Shown: positions 21,419-32,244, counted from the first letter of the stretch. The stretch: DNA of 64,000 nt from Armatimonadota bacterium (GCA_039680575.1 JBDKSP010000024.1:1-64000); one strand, 5' to 3'. Numbers and translations are program-made. The notes: generated from the letters alone by a model not told the origin.

Positions 21419-22651
21419 ATGCAGAGCAATTTAGCAATACACGGTGGAAAACCGGTACGTAATCGGCCGTTTATATCCTGGCCTGTGATTAACGATGAAG
21501 AGTGCAATGCGCTTGTAGATGTGTATAAAAGCGGAGTGTGGGGCTCCATTGCGGGCAGTAGAGTCCACGCATTCGAGAACGATTTCGCCGCGTATCATGA
21601 CGCTGAGTACGGCATTGCTGTCGTAAACGGCACGGTTGCGCTCCGAATAGCGCTGATGGCGGCAGGTATCGGCGAGGGTGACGAGGTAATTGTCCCTCCA
21701 TACACGTTCCTTGCGACGGCAAGCGCGGTCGTCGAGACAAACGCCGTTCCAGTGTTTGTAGACATCGAGCCGGACACATACTGCATGGATCCCGGCAAAT
21801 TCGAGGAAGCTATCACCGAGCGGACCAAGGCTGTAATAGTCGTGCATTTAGCCGGTCTGGCCGCTGATATGGACAAAATAATGGCGATAGCCGGAAAGCG
21901 GGGCATCGTTGTTGTCGAAGATGCCGCGCATGCACATGGCGGGACATACGGCAAGCGAAAGCTGGGCTCGATAGGGGATATGGGATGTTTTTCGTTCCAG
22001 TCGTCGAAGAATATGACCTCCGGCGAAGGCGGTATCATAATCACCAACAACAAAGATTATGCCGATAAGTGCTGGTCTATCCACAACTGCGGGCGGACCA
22101 GGGAAGGTGCGTGGTATGAGCATGTCACAATTGGTGGAAACTACCGGATGACGGAGTTTCAGGGAGCAATCCTCGGCTGTCAGATGAGAAAGCTCGGCGC
22201 TCAGTTTGTTCTGAGAGCAGTTAATGCGGATTATCTTGATACTGAACTTGCAAAAATCTCTGGAATAATGCCTATGAACGGCGAACGGCCATCAGGAACG
22301 ATGAATGCGCGTCATTTATATATCTTCAGATACGATGAAGCTGTGTTCGAAGTACCCCGCAAACGGTTCCTGAGCGCTCTTTCCGCCGAAGGGATTCCCT
22401 GTTCTGAGGGATACGGAATTCCTCTTTACGAGCAGCCGCTTTTTACGAACAAGGCGTTCGGCCCGTATACAGGTTACCGGCTTACGAACCCGGACATCGA
22501 TTACAGCAAGGTATTTCTTCCGGTTACCGAGAGAGCATGCAAGAATGAAGGCTGCTGGATACCGCACAGCGTGCTGCTTGGCGATACTCACGATATGGAT
22601 GATATAGTGAACGCGGTTTGCAAGATATATGAGCATCGCGGCGAGCTGTAA
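21419..22651 (+). CDS. DegT/DnrJ/EryC1/StrS PLP aminotransferase
   Basis: NGTVAL, EDAAHAHG, FSFQSSKN (PLP Lys), GGNYRM. Confidence 0.92.
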   Translation: MQSNLAIHGGKPVRNRPFISWPVINDEECNALVDVYKSGVWGSIAGSRVHAFENDFAAYHDAEYGIAVVNGTVALRIALMAAGIGEGDEVIVPPYTFLATASAVVETNAVPVFVDIEPDTYCMDPGKFEEAITERTKAVIVVHLAGLAADMDKIMAIAGKRGIVVVEDAAHAHGGTYGKRKLGSIGDMGCFSFQSSKNMTSGEGGIIITNNKDYADKCWSIHNCGRTREGAWYEHVTIGGNYRMTEFQGAILGCQMRKLGAQFVLRAVNADYLDTELAKISGIMPMNGERPSGTMNARHLYIFRYDEAVFEVPRKRFLSALSAEGIPCSEGYGIPLYEQPLFTNKAFGPYTGYRLTNPDIDYSKVFLPVTERACKNEGCWIPHSVLLGDTHDMDDIVNAVCKIYEHRGEL

Positions 22652-22663
22652 AGGAATACGATT

Positions 22664-23524
22664 TTGATAATAGACGCGCATAACCATCCCGATTGGTATT
22701 CTTACGAGCTGCCGCGCTTTCTTGCCAATATGGCTGAGTTCGACATCGATAAATGCTGGCTGCTCAGTTGGGAATCGCCTGAAGACGAATGGGACCCGGC
22801 ATATAACTCATGCTATCCTCCGCTGGACGGTATAGCCGGTCCGATCCCGTTCTGCCGATGCATCTCATATGCAAAAGAGGTGCCTGAGAAGTTCATTCTG
22901 GGCTATGCACCCGATCCCAGAAAACCCGGCGCTGTAGATGCTCTGAAGAAATCTATGGACGAGCACAATGTGCGCATCTGCGGTGAGTTGAAGCAGAGAA
23001 TGTCGTGCGATATACCGGAAGCGATCGAACTCTTCGAGTTCTGCGGTGAAGCAGGCCTTCCGGTGATCGTGCATATGGAATATGCGATAAATCCGGCGGG
23101 TACAGGAGAAGATTATCCCTGGTGGTACGGCGGCAGCATAGAAGCGCTGGAGAATGCACTCAGCCGGTGTCCCGACACTATATTCGTCGGTCACGGACCG
23201 GGTTTCTGGGCGCACATATCGGGCGACGATCAATATCGGAATTCGACATATCCAGCAGGTCCGGTCATCCCCGGCGGTAAGTTAATTTCAATGTTAAGGC
23301 AACACGACAACCTCGTGTGCGACCTCTCTGCCACATCCGGTATCAATGCTGTAAAGAGAGACCCGTCATTTGGCAGGGATTTTGTGCTCGAATTTCAGAA
23401 TAGAATCCTCTATGCAAGGGATTGCTTTAATAATGACCACCAATCATTCCTGCGTTCAATGAACCTGCCCAAAGAGACTCTTCAGAAGATACTTTCAGAG
23501 AACGCTATGCGTCTGGTCAAGTGA
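22664..23524 (+). CDS. Amidohydrolase_2 family protein
   Basis: IIDAHNH, GELK, VIVH, FVGHG, ILYARD. Confidence 0.82.
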   Translation: MIIDAHNHPDWYSYELPRFLANMAEFDIDKCWLLSWESPEDEWDPAYNSCYPPLDGIAGPIPFCRCISYAKEVPEKFILGYAPDPRKPGAVDALKKSMDEHNVRICGELKQRMSCDIPEAIELFEFCGEAGLPVIVHMEYAINPAGTGEDYPWWYGGSIEALENALSRCPDTIFVGHGPGFWAHISGDDQYRNSTYPAGPVIPGGKLISMLRQHDNLVCDLSATSGINAVKRDPSFGRDFVLEFQNRILYARDCFNNDHQSFLRSMNLPKETLQKILSENAMRLVK

Positions 23525-23537
23525 GACGGGAGTTCCA

Positions 23538-25595
23538 ATGAAAATCACCATCGTAGTTCCATTCGAAAATGCAGCGAAGGAAGTGCCGATTTGGGCTCAT
23601 GACGAAGAATCCATCGATTTTCAGAACGATATTCTTCAGGCCGCCCGCTGCACGTCCTCATTCGCGGCTGTAGAGCTGAGAAAGTATATCGAGAAGACTC
23701 TTTCCGAGTGCTCGGTCGGGTTTTCGGAGAGCCTACCTGAATCGGGCGTTTACATAAAGCTGGAAGTGAAGAATCCGGGGAGCCTCAATGGAGCATTCCG
23801 GCTTGTACCGAAATGCGAAGGACTTATCATTGAAGGCTCCGGCAGGACGGGTGTGCTTTACGGAGCCTATGAACTGCTCAGAATGCAGGGCTGGCGATGG
23901 TATGGGCTGGGACTGGACGGCGAGGTCTCGCCGCAGCTCTCGGATGCGTTGACTCTTCCCGATAGCGTTCGCGATTATGCGCCGTCGATGGATATCGGCA
24001 GGGGATTCGACTTCGAGGGGATGTCCAAGGACTCTGTCGAGTTGTACACCTGGATGGCTCGCAATCGAATGAACCTCGCGGCGTTCAGACCCGCGACAAC
24101 AAAATTCTGTGAAAAGCTCGGTCTGGTCACAAAGACCGGCGGACATATATTCGAGACCATTTTAGACCCGGACAGGGAAATGCCGTCAGGCAAGACTCTC
24201 TGGGAGGAGCACAGCGATTGGTTCGGGCTTCCATCCAGCGGCATTCGCAAAAAAGGGAATGCTCTATCGACCCAGATATGCGCTTCCAGAGAAGATTCGG
24301 CTGAGTTTATCGGAAGAGAGCTCGTTAAGCTCTTAAAAACGCAGTGGAAGAACTCGGATAGGATAGATGTGTGGGGTCCCGACACCTGGGGGAGCACCTG
24401 CTCATGCGAAGATTGCAGGAAAATCGGGAACGGCACTGACCAGACGCTTCATATTCTTTCGCGTCTGCGGGAATCGGTCAATAATGCGCTCTCTGCAGGC
24501 GAACTGGGCCGAAAAGTCGCGCTGGTTATGTGCAGCTATGAAGGCACTTCGACCCTGGAAGCTCCAAGCAAGCCGGTTCCAGCTAATCTGATCGATTTCG
24601 GTGATTACATCGTATTCTACCCGATCAAGAGATGCTATGAGCATGGTCTTTTGGACCATGAATGTGACCGAAATGCGCTCTACGGCAAAGAACTGTCCGG
24701 CTGGTGCAGGAGCGACGGCAGTATCCCTGTGATGGTGGGCGAATACTATAATGTATCGAGGTTCGAGGACCTGCCGCTCCTCTTTACTGAGTGCATGGCG
24801 CGGGACCTTAAGGTCTATCACTCACTGGGAGTGCGCGGCATGACATATATGCATATCCCTATGGTCAACTGGGCGATGAGGACGCTCACACAGGCTTTGT
24901 ATGCTCAGTTGATATGGGACGCTGACACGGATGTAGACGCATTCCTGAATGAATACTTTATTGACTGGTATGGTCCGTATGCGGATGATATGCGTAGTGC
25001 CTATTCGAACATAGAAAAAGCCTGGGTCCTTGCTGCCAGTTGGCGGGCATGGGGGTCAAGCGTGCTGACCAGTCTTCGAAGCTGGGACGGCGCAAAACCC
25101 GAGAAAGAGCTCGAAGTGGACAATCATATGGGAAGCTCCAGGCAAGCAATAGCGAAAGGCATGGGGTCGGTCAATCTGCTCAAAGAAGCTCTGGAGATCA
25201 TAGACAGATGCTACACACTCGAACAAGTCGCTGCAGCAAAAAGGACTCCCAGCTCGACGCAAGTCGCCGTAAACCCAGTTCAGGCCCGAAAACTCGAACA
25301 GGCCGACAAATATGCAAAGCACCTCGGTGAAGACCGCCGGCTGTTGCTGTACGGGATCGACACAATGGCCTTGATGACGCTGATGGTGCAGTATCATCAG
25401 GCGCTTTACGATGGTGACAGCGAATTATCCGAAGCTGCCTGGCAGAAGATAGAGAGTGTATCGAAGAACCTTGACTCTTACTATATTCCTATCAGATATG
25501 ACGAATCCGGCCCGGGGTTTGAGAGTTTGGACGCGCTCACGCGCACGCAGCTCAGGGAACTGATATACCGCTGTATGAAACACAGAGGTGTGTGA
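23538..25595 (+). CDS. DUF4838-like putative glycoside hydrolase
   Basis: N-terminal GSGRTGVLYGAYELL domain, WMARNRMN, CSCEDC. Confidence 0.65.
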   Translation: MKITIVVPFENAAKEVPIWAHDEESIDFQNDILQAARCTSSFAAVELRKYIEKTLSECSVGFSESLPESGVYIKLEVKNPGSLNGAFRLVPKCEGLIIEGSGRTGVLYGAYELLRMQGWRWYGLGLDGEVSPQLSDALTLPDSVRDYAPSMDIGRGFDFEGMSKDSVELYTWMARNRMNLAAFRPATTKFCEKLGLVTKTGGHIFETILDPDREMPSGKTLWEEHSDWFGLPSSGIRKKGNALSTQICASREDSAEFIGRELVKLLKTQWKNSDRIDVWGPDTWGSTCSCEDCRKIGNGTDQTLHILSRLRESVNNALSAGELGRKVALVMCSYEGTSTLEAPSKPVPANLIDFGDYIVFYPIKRCYEHGLLDHECDRNALYGKELSGWCRSDGSIPVMVGEYYNVSRFEDLPLLFTECMARDLKVYHSLGVRGMTYMHIPMVNWAMRTLTQALYAQLIWDADTDVDAFLNEYFIDWYGPYADDMRSAYSNIEKAWVLAASWRAWGSSVLTSLRSWDGAKPEKELEVDNHMGSSRQAIAKGMGSVNLLKEALEIIDRCYTLEQVAAAKRTPSSTQVAVNPVQARKLEQADKYAKHLGEDRRLLLYGIDTMALMTLMVQYHQALYDGDSELSEAAWQKIESVSKNLDSYYIPIRYDESGPGFESLDALTRTQLRELIYRCMKHRGV

Positions 25596-25599
25596 ACCG

Positions 25600-27783
25600 T
25601 TACCAGCGGAGAGTTATTACATGGTCTCCGGGTTTGACTCCGACAGGTTTGACTATGCAGAAAGGACTGCAGTGTTCGACCTTGAATTGTGTGATTGAAT
25701 CGTCTACCTGGATCTCACGTGGCTCATTACGCACTACGAAAGCTGTTTTCGGGCTCGTTGTGAGTGTAATCTCAGCTCGTCCTGCACCGGATGCTATGGA
25801 CTTTATATGGATTGCATGCAAGACATCGTATAGTTTTGCTGTCTTGCTGGTCCATTTATAAGCTCCTATAGATGACGGAGGCATCTTCAGTTCCACTTTC
25901 GATTCCCTTATCAGTCGTTGTTCGATGATGTCCCAGTATGCATACGGAGGCCGGCATATGGTCAAACCGGCGGGGTCATCTGTGCAATTAGCTGCAATGA
26001 TATATCCGTCCCTGGTACCGTTCCATAGAACCATGCTATCGTCTGAAGATGTTACTGGTGATAGGGGCTTTTTATGTGCGTGTAACGCGTACCGAATTAG
26101 CCATGCTGCTATCGGTGCAGCAGAACGCGAATCCAGCCCACAGAAGAATCCCAGCGAATTCCCCGAAGACCATTTCGTGATAACCGGTCGGTCATTGGAG
26201 TCAGAGTACATCACGTTATTATGAGAACCAAAAACCCTTCGGATATTGGCTATGCATGCTCCATCCAGCTCGATTTCATCCGGCGGCAGTGTGGAATGAT
26301 CGCAACAGCGGTGTTTGAGCAGCAACCTATTGCCATTTTCAATATTGATGGTATATGGAGGTTCCTGCTTTATGCCAAGCTTTTCCAGTAAGCCGGGGAA
26401 AGATTCTGAAATCGGTTGCAACCCAGGTTTATCGGGATCGGCTGAAAACCCTGTCCCGCTTCCAATCATGATAATAGATCTGCCGGGAACATCCATCCAC
26501 CACCGTTCGAGACAGTCTATCTGCCATCTGGCGAGCGGAAAATGCTCTTCCAGCAGGAGAATCCTGACCTGTGGGTTCATGGATAGATTCTCTTCCAGTG
26601 CCTCCGCGCACAAGGTAAGCATCGGCTGCTTTTCATGATATAAAATATGGCGTGCAATCTGCCAGTAAAATTGCCAAGCTGTTTCGTACGAATATGGCTC
26701 CGAGTGCCGTAGGCCGGTTTCCGAGATAACAAATGCTACAGGTGTGAACTGCAGGCCTGTTCTCGACAGCATGCGGTTTAGCTGCGGGAGAAAATCAGAT
26801 TTATCGATTGCCGTACCAGGCCACTTTGCCATCAGTCCGTTAGGTATGGCGGCGACGGAAGCAAGCAGTGCCTTATCCGTAAATTCCTGAGGAATCTGCA
26901 AAGCAGCCGGATCTTCTTTACAATCCTTCGACGTGCTGATCATAGCTATTACCGGCTTTCCGACACAATGGGACAAGATCTCCGCATAACAGATGAGCGG
27001 TGAACGCTCCATTTCATCACCGGTACGCATGTTGCCCGCGTATATATCATCCAGATTCAACCGAACTGTCAGAAAGTCCAGATCAGGTAACGCGGCGATT
27101 CGTCCGCTTTCGCAGCAGGTGTTTAGTGTGCCTTCGTGTGCAATCCCCGCATCCGGGATAAACATCCTTGGCATAACGCTGACTTGTTCTGCTCCCACAC
27201 TCTTTGCATGGTTTGAAAGGTCCCGGCAAAAATCGAGCAGGACTTCGGATTTCAGTTGTTGTACCTTGAGATATTCCGGGGTTTCCGATCTTTCTTTCGG
27301 ATAATTCACGTCAGGATGATCGAGAAGGAATCTTTCATAGAACCTGTCCATCGTGCCGGGGATGTCTGTGCAATGCGCCGGATCTTCAAAGATTATCCAC
27401 GTATAGCCATAGTCCTGGACAAACAACCGGGTCAGTTCTTTTAAATAGTCTCTCCAGGCTGTCGATGCAAGTGATGCGTAGAAACATTCATCGCTCAATC
27501 TGGCGGGGCTGTTATCCAGGTGATACTGTGCCTCGGTTATTCCTACTGCATCTCCGCAGGATATGATGGAATTGATGCATACGCATGCCTTATAGCCGCG
27601 TAATTTTGCTTCTGATGAGAATCTGCGGTAAGGCAGCGCGAAGGTTTCGGTAATATCCTTGAGTGGGATGGAGCGGCATGAGTTACATGCTATATCGAAA
27701 TTTAGTCGCTCTACATCCAAAAAATACTGCTGCAGCCCGGCTAAGTCGGCAACCTCATATGGGCCGGTAGGCAGTGCGTTCAT
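25600..27783 (-). CDS. Hypothetical protein, possible glycoside-hydrolase-like barrel + trimerisation domain
   Basis: Long ORF with GAGGA RBS; CFYASLASTAWRDY and WIIFEDP resemble GH-like barrels; weak assignment. Confidence 0.5.
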   Translation of the reverse strand: MNALPTGPYEVADLAGLQQYFLDVERLNFDIACNSCRSIPLKDITETFALPYRRFSSEAKLRGYKACVCINSIISCGDAVGITEAQYHLDNSPARLSDECFYASLASTAWRDYLKELTRLFVQDYGYTWIIFEDPAHCTDIPGTMDRFYERFLLDHPDVNYPKERSETPEYLKVQQLKSEVLLDFCRDLSNHAKSVGAEQVSVMPRMFIPDAGIAHEGTLNTCCESGRIAALPDLDFLTVRLNLDDIYAGNMRTGDEMERSPLICYAEILSHCVGKPVIAMISTSKDCKEDPAALQIPQEFTDKALLASVAAIPNGLMAKWPGTAIDKSDFLPQLNRMLSRTGLQFTPVAFVISETGLRHSEPYSYETAWQFYWQIARHILYHEKQPMLTLCAEALEENLSMNPQVRILLLEEHFPLARWQIDCLERWWMDVPGRSIIMIGSGTGFSADPDKPGLQPISESFPGLLEKLGIKQEPPYTINIENGNRLLLKHRCCDHSTLPPDEIELDGACIANIRRVFGSHNNVMYSDSNDRPVITKWSSGNSLGFFCGLDSRSAAPIAAWLIRYALHAHKKPLSPVTSSDDSMVLWNGTRDGYIIAANCTDDPAGLTICRPPYAYWDIIEQRLIRESKVELKMPPSSIGAYKWTSKTAKLYDVLHAIHIKSIASGAGRAEITLTTSPKTAFVVRNEPREIQVDDSITQFKVEHCSPFCIVKPVGVKPGDHVITLRW

Positions 27784-28042
27784 TATATAGTCCTCAAGAA
27801 TCGTACCCTGATGTGTTTTGTTACGGCAGATCTTCCCAGGTTTTAAGAATACGCCTGAAAAAGCCTGCGTAATGCTGTAAGGGTATCTTGTGAATGACCT
27901 GTCAAATTGCAACCATCTCGGTCAGCAAATGTGTAGACAGACGGTCTCTATGCGAACATTATAGCAGTCAGCCGTATTGATGTCCAGCATAATAATGGTA
28001 AATTGATGGAAAATTTAACAGCTTGACCTTAAGAGGAAACAA

Positions 28043-29389
28043 TCATCTGTCATTCATAATTTCGCCGGTGAATCCGTAGAGATGAGCTTCTGTTGCGCGC
28101 ACTATCACGGTTTCTCCGGCTGCGGCGGATGACGGGAGGAAATTAACGGTTTTGTTTTGTCTGGTGAGGCCGGTTAAGCGGTTTGGGTTTTTGTGGCTCT
28201 GTCCCTCCACCATTACCTCGAATTCTTGTCCAACCTGTTCGCTATTGATCTCGAGTGTTATTCTGTTCTGCATCTGGACAACCTCGTTCAGCCGGGCATT
28301 TTTGACCTTGTAACACAACTGATCGGGGAAGGCTGCCGCCGCTGTCCGGTCGATTGCATTAAATGCGAACATGAATGCGCTGTCGAACCTGATTTCTTCT
28401 ATTGTTTTAAGAGTGTTATTGAACGCATCCTCAGTCTCGCCAGGGAAGCCTACGAGGATATCCGTAGTTACCGCTGCCCCAGGTACGGCGTTTCGGAGTG
28501 TTTCCACCCGTTCTTTGTAGTGCTCGACGGTATATCCGCGTTTCATACGGCGGAGCGTTTCGTTGTCTCCGGCCTGTATGGGCAGGTGGATATGCTCGCA
28601 GACTTTGGGTACATCAGCTATCGCTTGGATCAACTTGTCGGACAGGTCTTTCGGATGACTGGTGGTAAACCTGATGCGTTCGATGCCGTTAACGTCGTTG
28701 ATCGCGGCCAGTAGGTCGGCAAAATCCGCGCTGGGTTTACCCGGTGCGGCATAGCTGTTTACATTTTGCCCGAGAAGTGTGACTTCACGGCAGCCGGAAT
28801 CGGCGAGGAACCGCACTTCATCGACGATCTCGCTTAAGGGACGGCTTCTTTCTTTACCTCGGACATACGGAACGATGCAGTATGCACAGAAGTTATCGCA
28901 GCCATAAGTGACTGGGATGAATGCCTTTAACCCGATAGTCCCTTCTCTTCGCGTTCTTTTGGGAATAGTGGGGGAATCCGCTGCGGCTCTCGGCAGTTCC
29001 AGCGCCGAAAGAGGCTGCCGCGAACGGATCACATTACAGATCATCTCCGGTATTTGCTCTATCTGTCCTGTACCGACGATCAGGTCCACATAAGGCGCTG
29101 ATTGCCGGATTTTACCCGCCTGCCGCTGCGCCATGCAGCCGCAGACTCCGATTATCAGGTCTGGGTTTTCCTTTTTGATCTCGCGAAGCTCGCCGAGCTT
29201 GCTCTTGGCCTTCTGTTCCGGTTTTGCCCGGACTGAACAGGTGTTCAGCATTATGATGTCAGCCTTTGCCAGATCGCTCGTCGGTTGATAGCCCATCTGC
29301 ATGAGCAGGCTTGCGATCTGGGTAGAGTCGTCTTCGTTCATCTGGCAGCCCCAGGTGAGGACGGTGAAAGAAGGAGAGTTGAGTGTCAA
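28043..29389 (-). CDS. miaB: tRNA-2-methylthio-i6A37 synthase MiaB
   Basis: GCQMNEDD, NTCSVR, CDNFCAYC radical SAM motif, TRAM domain. Confidence 0.95.
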   Translation of the reverse strand: MTLNSPSFTVLTWGCQMNEDDSTQIASLLMQMGYQPTSDLAKADIIMLNTCSVRAKPEQKAKSKLGELREIKKENPDLIIGVCGCMAQRQAGKIRQSAPYVDLIVGTGQIEQIPEMICNVIRSRQPLSALELPRAAADSPTIPKRTRREGTIGLKAFIPVTYGCDNFCAYCIVPYVRGKERSRPLSEIVDEVRFLADSGCREVTLLGQNVNSYAAPGKPSADFADLLAAINDVNGIERIRFTTSHPKDLSDKLIQAIADVPKVCEHIHLPIQAGDNETLRRMKRGYTVEHYKERVETLRNAVPGAAVTTDILVGFPGETEDAFNNTLKTIEEIRFDSAFMFAFNAIDRTAAAAFPDQLCYKVKNARLNEVVQMQNRITLEINSEQVGQEFEVMVEGQSHKNPNRLTGLTRQNKTVNFLPSSAAAGETVIVRATEAHLYGFTGEIMNDR

Positions 29390-29468
29390 AGAAAAACCTC
29401 AGGAACAGACAAAATTCAGTATTATTAACGTAACAATATTATCATGATAACCGCGAAGCGGCAAATTG

Positions 29469-29690
29469 GTAAGAGTTCACTCTTAATGAGAAATTGTACA
29501 TCAACCTGAACAACCAATACGTCATCATGGAAGGATATCACCCTGAACAACTAACACGTCACCCTGAACTTGATTCAGGGTCCATTCCTTTTCTGAATTC
29601 CGAATCTATGGATTTTCAGCTATAGCCGAAAATCTTCCGGGAGAGTTTTTGGTGTAAGCGTAAAACCAACAGATACAGCATTATCAGTGA
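29469..29690. repeat. Composite repeat: TAAGAG palindrome + REP-like hairpin + two-hairpin element
   Basis: Homologous to 13615-13684 (reverse) and to 16890-16960. Confidence 0.7.
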
Positions 29691-29736
29691 CTGGCTATGT
29701 GTCCGTAGGATTGTTCGTTCCCGCAGCAAACTAATA

Positions 29737-30240
29737 TTAGTCGCTTATCCTGCACTCAATGATCTCACCGATATACATCCTGTGGTAATCCTTCACGGGA
29801 TAATTTTTCTCTATTGATGGGTCAAGGAAGTTTGCGGGGTCTATGTCCTGAAAGTAGAGCTTCTTGCACTCGATCACAAGACGCGCTTCGGCAAAGCTGG
29901 TGGTTCCCGGCATACTCCCGGCTGCCGGCGTAAGCCCGGTTTCAGCCGCTTTATCTACATCCCTGCCGGAATTCGCGCCGCAGAATGAAAGCGCATCCCT
30001 GTACTTCTCGTCGAAGAACGAGAGGGTGAAGTTCTCGGATTTCTCTACGAACTCGAGAGTATATCTGGTCGGGCGGATGACACAGAAACAGACATTTTTA
30101 CTCCAAAGGACGCCGAAGCCACCCCAACTGGCTGTCATAGTATTGTATGATTCAGCAGAACCTGCTGTGATGAGCATCCAGTCTGATCCGATAAGTTTAA
30201 AAACATTGTCCTTCAGTTCTTCTGGTTTGATCTTCTTCAT
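29737..30240 (-). CDS. Flavin reductase-like (flavoredoxin) protein
   Basis: WMLITAG, NTMTASWGG, SGRDVDK, HRMYIGEI. Confidence 0.88.
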   Translation of the reverse strand: MKKIKPEELKDNVFKLIGSDWMLITAGSAESYNTMTASWGGFGVLWSKNVCFCVIRPTRYTLEFVEKSENFTLSFFDEKYRDALSFCGANSGRDVDKAAETGLTPAAGSMPGTTSFAEARLVIECKKLYFQDIDPANFLDPSIEKNYPVKDYHRMYIGEIIECRISD

Positions 30241-30258
30241 TCTCTGCTCCCTTCTATT

Positions 30259-30310
30259 GAGTTTTGGCAGTTGATGTAACGAGTAATAAATATCATTTCA
30301 GTCAAAACTC
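30259..30310. repeat. ~55-bp repeat with terminal inverted repeats
   Basis: GAGTTTTGGCAGTTGATGTAACGA...CAAAACTC; other copies at 53331-53387 and (reverse) 46140-46183. Confidence 0.7.
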
Positions 30311-32244
30311 TTTAATTGGCTTGCGATTTCGGCTTCCAGTTCAGCCACCCGGCTGCATGCCGTTTCCCACTCAGAGTAAAGAGCATCCAGTTTTGACGCA
30401 AGACCGTCGTATTCTTTCGTGAGCTCGCCTGCAGTGCCGTTCCGGTAGTTTTCTTCATCAGCAAGAGCCGCCGTAAGCTCATTCATGCGTTTTTCAACCT
30501 GCTCTATGCCATGCTCGAGCTCTTTTCGCCGTTTCGAAAGCTCCCTTGCCTGCCGCTCTTTTACCCTGAGCGGTGAATCGGCGGAACGTCTCGACACTGC
30601 AACCGGCTTTTTGGCGGCAACCGGGGTGGGGGAAGGCTCCTCAACCGGCTGAGTCTTCTCCCTGTAATCCGAATAATTGCCGAGATACTTACCCCATGAG
30701 CCGTCTTTGATCTCGATTATGTCCGTTGTGATGGCATCGAGAAGATACCGGTCATGCGAAGCCGTTATCACTGTGCCGTTGAACGCCTTTAGAGCGCCTT
30801 CGAGCGCTTCACGAGAGCGTATATCCAGGTGGTTTGTCGGCTCGTCCAGGATCAGCAGGTTCGGATGGGTTGCAAGGGTCTTTGCAAGCGCCAACCTGCA
30901 CATTTCGCCGCCTGAAAGCACATTTACCTTCTTGAATGCATCGTCGCCCATAAACAGGAACTGCGCCATGAGGTCTCGAGCCTGCCCGGAGGTCAGATCG
31001 GCGTCCGCAAGAAGTTCCTCTATTACGGTCCGCTCAGGTACCAGGTGGTCGAACTCCTGGGCAAAGTATACCGGCTGGACATTGTGCCCGAACTCTACAA
31101 CGCCGTCATCTGCCTGCAGCAGGTCGGCTAAAATCTTGAGAAGAGTAGTTTTACCGCTTCCATTCGGCCCGACTATCCCGATTTTGTGACCTCGCTCGAC
31201 AACGAGGTCCATTTCGCTGAAAAGCGGCTTGTTGGGATAGTTTTTACTGAGATTTTTAATGCGCACGACATCCAACCCGCTTCGTCCTGCAGGAGTCAGG
31301 TTGGCCTTGATAGTCATACGCTCGCCGGGCTTGTTGATCCGCTCGATCCGGTTAAGCTGCTTTACCTTGTTGTCTCTTCGGCTGAACTTGCGGTTGCTGA
31401 AGAGCGTCTGGATAGCTGATTCTATCCGCGTAACCTCTTTTTGCTGGAGTTTATACAATTTCCGCTGCTCTTCAATTCGCTCGGCTTTTTGCACGGCGAA
31501 AGCGGAGTAGTTTCCGGTATACATAACGGTTGTCCCAAACTCGATTTCGACGACCTTGCTTACAATTCTATCCAGAAAATACCTGTCGTGGCTGACAACA
31601 AGCACTGCCCCAGGAAACTTCTCATTAATAAACGATTGGAGCCACTCACATGCCTGAATGTCCAGATGGTTCGTCGGCTCGTCCAGAAGAAGCACATTCG
31701 GGGAGAGAAGAAGGAGCTTTGCGAGTGCCGCCCGCATCTTCTGTCCGCCGCTCAATGTGTGTACAGGTCTGTCTAAGTCTGATTCGGTAAAACCTAGACC
31801 AAGGAGTATGTTTCTAGCCTTAATCTGATAGTCGAAACCATGCAGGGTGTCGAACCTGTGGCTGATCTCCGCGTATTTGCTGCCGAGTTCCTGAGATTCT
31901 TTCTCGGATGTGGTATGGGCAAGACGGGACTCTATATCGGCAAGCGCTGAGGCAGCGTCGAGCAGTTCCGGCGTGACGCCCATCACTACGATCTGCAGCG
32001 GCGACGTACCCGGAAGGTCGACCTCCTGAGGCAGGTAGCCGACTGTCATACCCGGCTCTTTGCCCACATTGCCAGAGTCCGCATCACTCTCACTGCTGAT
32101 GATTTTAAGGAGCGTGGTTTTACCTGTTCCATTATCACCGACGAGCGCAACCCGCTCTTTCTCATTGATGAAAAATGATACATCTGAGAAGAGTTCTCTC
32201 GGCCCGAAGGACTTTTTTAAGTTGGAGACCGTAATAACTGCCAT
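30298..32244 (-). CDS. ABC-F family ATP-binding protein
   Basis: Two ABC domains (GDNGTGKT, GPNGSGKT), LSGG, DEPTNHLD twice, no TM, C-terminal coiled coil. Confidence 0.93.
   Translation of the reverse strand: MAVITVSNLKKSFGPRELFSDVSFFINEKERVALVGDNGTGKTTLLKIISSESDADSGNVGKEPGMTVGYLPQEVDLPGTSPLQIVVMGVTPELLDAASALADIESRLAHTTSEKESQELGSKYAEISHRFDTLHGFDYQIKARNILLGLGFTESDLDRPVHTLSGGQKMRAALAKLLLLSPNVLLLDEPTNHLDIQACEWLQSFINEKFPGAVLVVSHDRYFLDRIVSKVVEIEFGTTVMYTGNYSAFAVQKAERIEEQRKLYKLQQKEVTRIESAIQTLFSNRKFSRRDNKVKQLNRIERINKPGERMTIKANLTPAGRSGLDVVRIKNLSKNYPNKPLFSEMDLVVERGHKIGIVGPNGSGKTTLLKILADLLQADDGVVEFGHNVQPVYFAQEFDHLVPERTVIEELLADADLTSGQARDLMAQFLFMGDDAFKKVNVLSGGEMCRLALAKTLATHPNLLILDEPTNHLDIRSREALEGALKAFNGTVITASHDRYLLDAITTDIIEIKDGSWGKYLGNYSDYREKTQPVEEPSPTPVAAKKPVAVSRRSADSPLRVKERQARELSKRRKELEHGIEQVEKRMNELTAALADEENYRNGTAGELTKEYDGLASKLDALYSEWETACSRVAELEAEIASQLKSFD

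Noticed and set aside
17108..25595. Antibiotic (aminoglycoside/ansamycin) biosynthetic cluster
   Set aside because: No cyclase, glycosyltransferase, PKS, exporter or resistance gene; LacI control and hydrolases favour catabolism.
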